From positions 1,984,001-2,048,000 of the forward strand of contig OZ059894.1 in NCBI GenBank assembly GCA_964057225.1: a stretch of 64,000 nt of DNA. The letters are read 5' to 3'. The DNA comes from Auanema rhodensis. Lineage: Eukaryota; Animalia; Nematoda. Shown piece by piece: positions 1-10,180 of the stretch (position 1 is the first letter of the stretch; the number at the start of each line of letters is the position of its first letter). The notes beneath the pieces are model-generated. The model saw nothing but the letters and a program-made list of their open reading frames with translations. It ran no database searches and was not told the DNA's origin. A program made the translations under genes and the position numbers.

Positions 1-251
1 TGCACTATACTACATTGAGAAACGCTTAATACAAAAATTAGTTATGATCGTTTGAAAAATGATGCATTAGTGTATGTTTAGTTTCCATGTACACTCAACA
101 TAGCTTCCAAAAACATTTTGACAAAATTTTTTTCGAAAAATTTCAAAATAATTTAGCAGAAAGTAGATGTTTTTAGATTCCTTTTTTTAAGGCAAAGACG
201 ATGGACAATGTTATTCAACGAAAAAATTAATTCTTCAGGGTGAAAATCGAG

Positions 252-273
252 GATATAAGTGTGAACTTATATC
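252..273. other. Hairpin 2 (monomer pos. 252-273): perfect 9-bp inverted repeat GATATAAGT-gtga-ACTTATATC, present in most monomers
   Basis: The arms are exact reverse complements around the 4-nt loop GTGA. It overlaps a second near-palindrome, ATATCA-gt-TGATAT (269-282). Confidence 0.92.
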
Positions 274-774
274 AGTTGATATCTCGGTGCATTTTTAAGC
301 TAGCGCAAATCTGATAACACAGATCGACGCAGCTTGAAAATCCGCATCGAATGCACTATACTACATTGAGAAACGCTTAATACAAAAATTAGTTATGATC
401 GTTTGAAAAATGATGCATTAGTGTATGTTTAGTTTCCATGTACACTCAACATAGCTTCCAAAAACATTTTGACAAAATTTTTTTCGAAAAATTTCAAAAT
501 AATTTAGCAGAAAGTAGATGTTTTTAGATTCCTTTTTTTAAGGCAAAGACGACGGACAATGTTATTCAACGAAAAAATTAATTCTTCAGGGTGAAAATCG
601 AGGATATAAGTGTGAACTTATATCAGTTGATATCTCGGTGCATTTTTAAGCTAGCGCAAATCTGATAACACAGATCGACGCAGCTTGAAAATCCGCATCG
701 AATGCACTATACTACTTTGAGAAACGCTTAATACAAAAATTAGTTATGATCGTTTGAAAAATGATGCATTAGTG

Positions 775-804
775 TATGTTGAGTTTCCATGTACACTCAA
801 CATA
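775..804. other. Hairpin 1 (monomer pos. 73-102): perfect 10-bp inverted repeat TATGTTGAGT-ttccatgtac-ACTCAACATA, present in nearly every monomer
   Basis: The arms are exact reverse complements around a 10-nt spacer. G79T breaks it in copies 1, 2, 5, 9 and 23, and A102T in copy 21. Confidence 0.92.
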
Positions 805-1053
805 GCTTCCAAAAACATTTTGACAAAAATTTTTTCGAAAAATTTCAAAATAATTTAGCAGAAAGTAGATGTTTTTAGATTCCTTTTTTTAAGGCAAAGA
901 CGATGGACAATGTTATTCAACGAAAAAATTAATTCTTCAGGGTGAAAATCGAGGATATAAGTGTGAACTTATATCAGTTGATATCTCGGTGCATTTTTAA
1001 GCTAGCGCAAATTTGATAACACAGATCGACGCAGCTTGAAAATCCGCATCGAA

Positions 1054-1404
1054 TGCACTATACTACATTGAGGAACGCTTAATACAAAAATTAGTTATGA
1101 TCGTTTGAAAAATGATGCATTAGTGTATGTTGAGTTTCCATGTACACTCAACATAGCTTCCAAAAACATTTTGACAAAAATTTTTTCGAAAAATTTCAAA
1201 ATAATTTAGCAGAAAGTAGATGTTTTTAGATTCCTTTTTTTAAGGCAAAGACGATGGACAATGTTATTCAACGAAAAAATTAATTCTTCAGGGTGAAAAT
1301 CGAGGATATAAGTGTGAACTTATATCAGTTGATATCTCGGTGCATTTTTAAGCTAGCGCAAATCTGATAACACAGATCGACGCAGCTTGAAAATCCGCAT
1401 CGAA
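1054..1404 (+). repeat. Representative consensus-type 351-bp monomer (copy 4)
   Basis: Carries the majority allele at every variable site I tracked. Hand count gives 112/351 G+C (about 32%), 12 CpG, and many A4-A6 and T4-T7 tracts. Confidence 0.92.
1168..1202. other. Imperfect AT-tract palindrome (monomer pos. 115-149) ATTTTGACAAAAATTTTTTCGAAAAATTTCAAAAT centred on TTCGAA
   Basis: Outer ATTTTGA pairs with TCAAAAT, and the inner TTTTTCGAAAAA is self-complementary. Confidence 0.8.
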
Positions 1405-3510
1405 TGCACTATACTACATTGAGGAACGCTTAATACAAAAATTAGTTATGATCGTTTGAAAAATGATGCATTAGTGTATGTTTAGTTTCCATGTACACTC
1501 AACATAGCTTCCAAAAACATTTTGACAAAATTTTTTTCAAAAAATTTCAAAATAATTTAGCAGAAAGTAGATGTTTTTAGATTCCTTTTTTTAAGGCAAA
1601 GACGATAGACAATGTTATTCAACGAAAAAATTAATTCTTCAGGGTGAAAATCGAGGATATAAGTGTGAACTTATATCACTTGATATCTCGGTGCATTTTT
1701 AAGCTAGCGCAAATCTGATAACACAGATCGACGCAGCTTGAAAATCCGCATCGAATGCATTATACTACTTTGAGAAACGCTTAATACAAAAATTAGTTAT
1801 GATCGTTTGAAAAATGATGCATTAGTGTATGTTGAGTTTCCATGTACACTCAACATAGCTTCCAAAAACATTTTGACAAAATTTTTTTCGAAAAATTTCA
1901 AAATAATTTAGCAGAAAGTAGATGTTTTTAGATTCCTTTTTTTAAGGCAAAGACGACGGACAATGTTATTCAACGAAAAAATTAATTCTTCAGGGTGAAA
2001 ATCGAGGATATAAGTGTGAACTTATATCAGTTGATATCTCGGTGCATTTTTAAGCTAGCGCAAATCTGATAACACAGATCGACGCAGCTTGAAAATCCGC
2101 ATCGAATGCACTATACTACTTTGAGAAACGCTTAATACAAAAATTAGTTATGATCGTTTGAAAAATGATGCATTAGTGTATGTTGAGTTTCCATGTACAC
2201 TCAACATAGCTTCCAAAAACATTTTGACAAAAATTTTTTCGAAAAATTTCAAAATAATTTAGCAGAAAGTAGATGTTTTTAGATTCCTTTTTTTAAGGCA
2301 AAGACGATGGACAATGTTATTCAACGAAAAAATTAATTCTTCAGGGTGAAAATCGAGGATATAAGTGTGAACTTATATCAGTTGATATCTCGGTGCATTT
2401 TTAAGCTAGCGCAAATTTGATAACACAGATCGACGCAGCTTGAAAATCCGCATCGAATGCACTATACTACATTGAGGAACGCTTAATACAAAAATTAGTT
2501 ATGATCGTTTGAAAAATGATGCATTAGTGTATGTTGAGTTTCCATGTACACTCAACATAGCTTCCAAAAACATTTTGACAAAAATTTTTTCGAAAAATTT
2601 CAAAATAATTTAGCAGAAAGTAGATGTTTTTAGATTCCTTTTTTTAAGGCAAAGACGATGGACAATGTTATTCAACGAAAAAATTAATTCTTCAGGGTGA
2701 AAATCGAGGATATAAGTGTGAACTTATATCAGTTGATATCTCGGTGCATTTTTAAGCTAGCGCAAATCTGATAACACAGATCGACGCAGCTTGAAAATCC
2801 GCATCGAATGCACTATACTACATTGAGGAACGCTTAATACAAAAATTAGTTATGATCGTTTGAAAAATGATGCATTAGTGTATGTTTAGTTTCCATGTAC
2901 ACTCAACATAGCTTCCAAAAACATTTTGACAAAATTTTTTTCAAAAAATTTCAAAATAATTTAGCAGAAAGTAGATGTTTTTAGATTCCTTTTTTTAAGG
3001 CAAAGACGATAGACAATGTTATTCAACGAAAAAATTAATTCTTCAGGGTGAAAATCGAGGATATAAGTGTGAACTTATATCACTTGATATCTCGGTGCAT
3101 TTTTAAGCTAGCGCAAATCTGATAACACAGATCGACGCAGCTTGAAAATCCGCATCGAATGCATTATACTACTTTGAGAAACGCTTAATACAAAAATTAG
3201 TTATGATCGTTTGAAAAATGATGCATTAGTGTATGTTGAGTTTCCATGTACACTCAACATAGCTTCCAAAAACATTTTGACAAAATTTTTTTCGAAAAAT
3301 TTCAAAATAATTTAGCAGAAAGTAGATGTTTTTAGATTCCTTTTTTTAAGGCAAAGACGACGGACAATGTTATTCAACGAAAAAATTAATTCTTCAGGGT
3401 GAAAATCGAGGATATAAGTGTGAACTTATATCAGTTGATATCTCGGTGCATTTTTAAGCTAGCGCAAATCTGATAACACAGATCGACGCAGCTTGAAAAT
3501 CCGCATCGAA

Positions 3511-6318
3511 TGCACTATACTACTTTGAGAAACGCTTAATACAAAAATTAGTTATGATCGTTTGAAAAATGATGCATTAGTGTATGTTGAGTTTCCATGT
3601 ACACTCAACATAGCTTCCAAAAACATTTTGACAAAAATTTTTTCGAAAAATTTCTAAATAATTTAGCAAAAAGTAGATGTTTTTAGATTCCTTTTTTTAA
3701 GGCAAAGACGATAGACAATGTTATTCAACGAAAAAATTAATTCTTCAGGGTGAAAATCGAGGATATAAGTGTGAACTTATATCAGTTGATATCTCGGTGC
3801 ATTTTTAAGCTAGCGCAAATCTGATAACACAGATCGACGCAGCTTGAAAATCCGCATCGAATGCACTATACTACTTTGAGAAACGTTTAATACAAAAATT
3901 AGTTATGATCGTTTGAAAAATGATGCATTAGTGTATGTTGAGTTTCCATGTACACTCAACATAGCTTCCAAAAACATTTTGACAAAAATTTTTTCGAAAA
4001 ATTTCAAAATAATTTAGCAGAAAGTAGATGTTTTTAGATTCCTTTTTTTAAGGCAAAGACGATAGACAATGTTATTCAACGAAAAAATTAATTCTTCAGG
4101 GTGAAAATCGAGGATATAAGTGTGAACTTATATCACTTGATATCTCGGTGCATTTTTAAGCTAGCGCAAATCTGATAACACAGATCGACGCAGCTTGAAA
4201 ATCCGCATCGAATGCACTATACTACTTTGAGAAACGCTTAATACAAAAATTAGTTATGATCGTTTGAAAAATGATGCATTAGTGTATGTTGAGTTTCCAT
4301 GTACACTCAACATAGCTTCCAAAAACATTTTGACAAAATTTTTTTCGAAAAATTTCAAAATAATTTAGCAGAAAGTAGATGTTTTTAGATTCCTTTTTTT
4401 AAGGCAATGACGACGGACAATGTTATTCAACGAAAAAATTAATTCTTCAGGGTGAAAATCGAGGATATAAGTGTGAACTTATATCAGTTGATATCTCGGT
4501 GCATTTTTAAGCTAGCGCAAATCTGATAACACAGATCGACGCAGCTTGAAAATCCGCATCGAATGCACTATACTACTTTGAGAAACGCTTAATACAAAAA
4601 TTAGTTATGATCGTTTGAAAAATGATGCATTAGTGTATGTTGAGTTTCCATGTACACTCAACATAGCTTCCAAAAACATTTTGACAAAAATTTTTTCGAA
4701 AAATTTCTAAATAATTTAGCAAAAAGTAGATGTTTTTAGATTCCTTTTTTTAAGGCAAAGACGATAGACAATGTTATTCAACGAAAAAATTAATTCTTCA
4801 GGGTGAAAATCGAGGATATAAGTGTGAACTTATATCAGTTGATATCTCCGTGCATTTTTAAGCTAGCGCAAATCTGATAACACAGATCGACGCAGCTTGA
4901 AAATCCGCATCGAATGCACTATACTACTTTGAGAAACGCTTAATACAAAAATTAGTTATGATCGTTTGAAAAATGATGCATTAGTGTATGTTGAGTTTCC
5001 ATGTACACTCAACATAGCTTCCAAAAACATTTTGACAAAAATTTTTTCGAAAAATTTCTAAATAATTTAGCAAAAAGTAGATGTTTTTAGATTCCTTTTT
5101 TTAAGGCAAAGACGATAGACAATGTTATTCAACGAAAAAATTAATTCTTCAGGGTGAAAATCGAGGATATAAGTGTGAACTTATATCAGTTGATATCTCG
5201 GTGCATTTTTAAGCTAGCGCAAATCTGATAACACAGATCGACGCAGCTTGAAAATCCGCATCGAATGCACTATACTACTTTGAGAAACGCTTAATACAAA
5301 AATTAGTTATGATCGTTTGAAAAATGATGCATTAGTGTATGTTGAGTTTCCATGTACACTCAACATAGCTTCCAAAAACATTTTGACAAAAATTTTTTCG
5401 AAAAATTTCAAAATAATTTAGCAGAAAGTAGATGTTTTTAGATTCCTTTTTTTAAGGCAAAGACGATAGACAATGTTATTCAACGAAAAAATTAATTCTT
5501 CAGGGTGAAAATCGAGGATATAAGTGTGAACTTATATCACTTGATATCTCGGTGCATTTTTAAGCTAGCGCAAATCTGATAACACAGATCGACGCAGCTT
5601 GAAAATCCGCATCGAATGCACTATACTACTTTGAGAAACGCTTAATACAAAAATTAGTTATGATCGTTTGAAAAATGATGCATTAGTGTATGTTGAGTTT
5701 CCATGTACACTCAACATAGCTTCCAAAAACATTTTGACAAAATTTTTTTCGAAAAATTTCAAAATAATTTAGCAGAAAGTAGATGTTTTTAGATTCCTTT
5801 TTTTAAGGCAATGACGACGGACAATGTTATTCAACGAAAAAATTAATTCTTCAGGGTGAAAATCGAGGATATAAGTGTGAACTTATATCAGTTGATATCT
5901 CGGTGCATTTTTAAGCTAGCGCAAATCTGATAACACAGATCGACGCAGCTTGAAAATCCGCATCGAATGCACTATACTACTTTGAGAAACGCTTAATACA
6001 AAAATTAGTTATGATCGTTTGAAAAATGATGCATTAGTGTATGTTGAGTTTCCATGTACACTCAACATAGCTTCCAAAAACATTTTGACAAAAATTTTTT
6101 CGAAAAATTTCTAAATAATTTAGCAAAAAGTAGATGTTTTTAGATTCCTTTTTTTAAGGCAAAGACGATAGACAATGTTATTCAACGAAAAAATTAATTC
6201 TTCAGGGTGAAAATCGAGGATATAAGTGTGAACTTATATCAGTTGATATCTCGGTGCATTTTTAAGCTAGCGCAAATCTGATAACACAGATCGACGCAGC
6301 TTGAAAATCCGCATCGAA
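3511..6318 (+). repeat. 4-monomer (1404-bp) tandem duplication: copies 11-14 approximately equal copies 15-18
   Basis: The order (145T,159A,203A), (203A,275C), (127T,196T,202C), (145T,159A,203A) is repeated, with single private SNPs in copies 12 and 14. Confidence 0.8.
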
Positions 6319-9300
6319 TGCATTATACTACTTTGAGAAACGCTTAATACAAAAATTAGTTATGATCGTTTGAAAAATGATGCATTAGTGTATGTTGAGT
6401 TTCCATGTACACTCAACATAGCTTCCAAAAACATTTTGACAAAAATTTTTTCGAAAAATTTCAAAATAATTTAGCAGAAAGTAGATGTTTTTAGATTTCT
6501 TTTTTCAAGGCGAAGACGATGGACATTGTTATTCAACGAAAAAATTAATTCTTCAGGGTGAAAATCGAGGATATAAGTGTGAACTTATATCAGTTGATAT
6601 CTCGGTGCATTTTTAAGCTAGCGCAAATCTGATAACACAGATCGACGCAGCTTGAAAATCCGCATCGAATGCACTATACTACATTGAGAAACGCTTAATA
6701 CAAAAATTAGTTATGATCGTTTGAAAAATGATGCATTAGTGTATGTTGAGTTTCCATGTACACTCAACATAGCTTCCAAAAACATTTTGACAAAAATTTT
6801 TTCGAAAAATTTCAAAATAATTTAGCAAAAAGTAGATGTTTTTAGATTCCTTTTTTCAAGGCAAAGACGATGGACAATGTTATTCAACGAAAAAATTAAT
6901 TCTTCAGGGTGAAAATCGAGGATATAAGTGTGAACTTATATCAGTTGATATCTCGGTGCATTTTTAAGCTAGCGCAAATCTGATAACACAGATCGACGCA
7001 GCTTGAAAATCCGCATCGAATGCACTATACTACTTTGAGAAACGCTTAATACAAAAATTAGTTATGATCGTTTGAAAAATGATGCATTAGTGTATGTTGA
7101 GTTTCCATGTACACTCAACATTGCTTCCAAAAACATTTTGACAAAAATTTTTTCGAAAAATTTCAAATTAATTTAGCAGAAAGTATATGTTTTTAGATTT
7201 CTTTTCTCAAGGCAAAGACGATGGACAATGTTATTCAACGAAAAAATTAATTCTTCTGGGTGAAAATCGAGGATATATGTGTGAATTTATATCAGTTGAT
7301 ATCTCGGTGCATTTTTAAGCTAGCGCAAATCTGATAACACAGATCGACGCAGCTTGAAAATCCGCATTGAATGCACTATACTACATTGAGGAACGCTTAA
7401 TACAAAAATTAGTTATGATCGTTTGAAAAATGATGCATTAGTGTATGTTGAGTTTCCATGTACACTCAACATAGCTTCCAAAAACATTTTGACAAAAATT
7501 TTTTCGAAAAATTTCAAAATAATTTAGCAGAAAGTAGATGTTTTTAGATTCCTTTTTTTAAGGCAAAGACGATGGACAATGTTATTCAACGAAAAAATTA
7601 ATTCTTCAGGGTGAAAATCGAGGATATAAGTGTGAACTTATATCAGTTGATATCTCGGTGCATTTTTAAGCTAGCGCAAATCTGATAACACAGATCGACG
7701 CAGCTTGAAAATCCGCATCGAATGCACTATACTACATTGAGGAACGCTTAATACAAAAATTAGTTATGATCGTTTGAAAAATGATGCATTAGTGTATGTT
7801 TAGTTTCCATGTACACTCAACATAGCTTCCAAAAACATTTTGACAAAATTTTTTTCGAAAAATTTCAAAATAATTTAGCAGAAAGTAGATGTTTTTAGAT
7901 TCCTTTTTTTAAGGCAAAGACGACGGACAATGTTATTCAACGAAAAAATTAATTCTTCAGGGTGAAAATCGAGGATATAAGTGTGAACTTATATCAGTTG
8001 ATATCTCGGTGCATTTTTAAGCTAGCGCAAATCTGATAACACAGATCGACGCAGCTTGAAAATCCGCATCGAATGCACTATACTACATTGAGGAACGCTT
8101 AATACAAAAATTAGTTATGATCGTTTGAAAAATGATGCATTAGTGTATGTTGAGTTTCCATGTACACTCAACATAGCTTCCAAAAACATTTTGACAAAAA
8201 TTTTTTCGAAAAATTTCAAAATAATTTAGCAGAAAGTAGATGTTTTTAGATTCCTTTTTTTAAGGCAAAGACGATGGACAATGTTATTCAACGAAAAAAT
8301 TAATTCTTCAGGGTGAAAATCGAGGATATAAGTGTGAACTTATATCAGTTGATATCTCGGTGCATTTTTAAGCTAGCGCAAATCTGATAACACAGATCGA
8401 CGCAGCTTGAAAATCCGCATCGAATGCACTATACTACATTGAGGAACGCTTAATACAAAAATTAGTTATGATCGTTTGAAAAATGATGCATTAGTGTATG
8501 TTGAGTTTCCATGTACACTCAACATAGCTTCCAAAAACATTTTGACAAAAATTTTTTCGAAAAATTTCCAGATAATTTAGCAGAAAGTAGATGTTTTTAG
8601 ATTCCTTTTTTCAAGGCAAAGACGATGGACAATGTTATTCAACGAAAAAATTAATTCTTCAGGGTGAAAATCGAGGATATAAGTGTGAATTTATATCAGT
8701 TGATATCTCGGTGCATTTTTAAGCTAGCGCAAATCTGATAACACAGATCGACGCAGCTTGAAAATCCGCATTGAATGCACTATACTTCATTGAAGAACGC
8801 TTAATACAAAAATTAGTTATGATCGTTTGAAAAATGATGCATTAGTGTATGTTGAGTTTCCATGTACACTCAACATAGCTTCCAAAAACATTTTGACAAA
8901 AATTTTTTCGAAAAATTTCAAAATAATTTAGCAGAAAGTAGATGTTTTTAGATTCCTTTTTTTAAGGCAAAGACGATGGACAATGTTATTCAACGAAAAA
9001 ATTAATTCTTCAGGGTGAAAATCGAGGATATAAGTGTGAACTTATATCAGTTGATATCTCGGTGCATTTTTAAGCTAGCGCAAATCTGATAACACAGATC
9101 GACGCAGCTTGAAAATCCGCATCGAATGCACTATACTACTTTGAGAAACGCTTAATACAAAAATTAGTTATGATCGTTTGAAAAATGATGCATTAGTGTA
9201 TGTTGAGTTTCCATGTACACTCAACATAGCTTCCAAAAACATTTTGACAAAAATTTTTTCGAAAAATTTCTAAATAATTTAGCAAAAAGTAGATGTTTTT

Positions 9301-10180
9301 AGATTCCTTTTTTTAAGGCAAAGACGATAGACAATGTTATTCAACGAAAAAATTAATTCTTCAGGGTGAAAATCGAGGATATAAGTGTGAATTTATATCA
9401 GTTGATATCTCGGTGCATTTTTAAGCTAGCGCAAATCTGATAACACAGATCGACGCAGCTTGAAAATCCGCATTGAATGCACTATACTTCATTGAAGAAC
9501 GCTTAATACAAAAATTAGTTATGATCGTTTGAAAAATGATGCATTAGTGTATGTTGAGTTTCCATGTACACTCAACATAGCTTCCAAAAACATTTTGACA
9601 AAAATTTTTTCGAAAAATTTCAAAATAATTTAGCAGAAAGTAGATGTTTTTAGATTCCTTTTTTTAAGGCAAAGACGATGGACAATGTTATTCAACGAAA
9701 AAATTAATTCTTCAGGGTGAAAATCGAGGATATAAGTGTGAACTTATATCAGTTGATATCTCGGTGCATTTTTAAGCTAGCGCAAATCTGATAACACAGA
9801 TCGACGCAGCTTGAAAATCCGCATCGAATGCACTATACTACATTGAGGAACGCTTAATACAAAAATTAGTTTTGATCGTTTGAAAAATGATGCATTAGTG
9901 TATGTTGAGTTTCCATGTACACTCAACATAGCTTCCAAAAACATTTTGACAAAAATTTTTTCGAAAAATTTCAAAATAATTTAGCAGAAAGTAGATGTTT
10001 TTAGATTCCTTTTTTTTAAGGCAAAGACGATGGACAATGTTATTCAACGGAAAAATTAATTCTTCAGGGTGAAAATCGAGGATATAAGTGTTAACTTATA
10101 TCAGTTGATATCTCGGTGCATTTTTAAGCTAGCGCAAATTTGATAACACAGATCGACGCAGCTTGAAAATCCGCATCGAA

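Larger units (their letters stand above)
703..3510 (+). repeat. 4-monomer (1404-bp) tandem duplication: copies 3-6 = copies 7-10
   Basis: The same SNP haplotype order occurs twice: (14T,20A,311T), consensus, (79T,127T,135A,203A,275C), (5T,14T,20A,127T,202C). Confidence 0.85.

Noticed and set aside
109-188. Helically phased A-tracts implying strong intrinsic curvature
   Set aside because: A-tract starts at 109, 123, 136 and 145 are 14, 13 and 9 bp apart and are mixed with T-tracts. This is not a clean 10.5-bp phase; a curvature calculation would be needed.
207-223. CENP-B-box-like motif on the minus strand (TTTCGTTGAATAACATT)
   Set aside because: It matches TTCG and the central A of nTTCGnnnnAnnCGGGn but lacks the essential CGGG, so a chance match is likely.
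99-257. Second symmetric module (CATAGCT ... GAAAG-13-ATTCC ... GGATAT)
   Set aside because: The inner arms match poorly and the outer motifs are not equidistant from the centre (70 versus 86 bp), so it is too weak to call.
252-296. Rho-independent terminator or bacterial promoter calls
   Set aside because: The stem is AT-rich, has no adjacent U-tract, and has no gene context.
1-351. Tandem RNA gene unit (5S rRNA, tRNA, snRNA or spliced-leader array)
   Set aside because: I recognise no 5S, tRNA cloverleaf, A/B-box, Sm-site or spliced-leader sequence. An Infernal/Rfam scan would be the decisive test.
1-351. Assignment to the Drosophila 1.688 (359-bp) family or other ~360-bp insect satellites
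   Set aside because: Length, AT content and a few short words (ACATTTTG, AGTTAT, ATATCTC) are reminiscent, but I cannot see colinear homology from memory. An alignment is needed.
757-784. dif/XerCD-like site (GTATGTTGAGT resembles the XerD arm TTATGTTAAAT, 8/11)
   Set aside because: There is no XerC-like arm at the 6-bp spacing, and the context is a eukaryote-type satellite.
9777-9974. 65-aa minus-strand ORF from the ORF track
   Set aside because: It exists only because a private A>T change at 9872 turns the minus-strand TAA stop present in the other monomers into AAA. It starts at TTG, lies wholly in satellite sequence, and has no recognisable domain.
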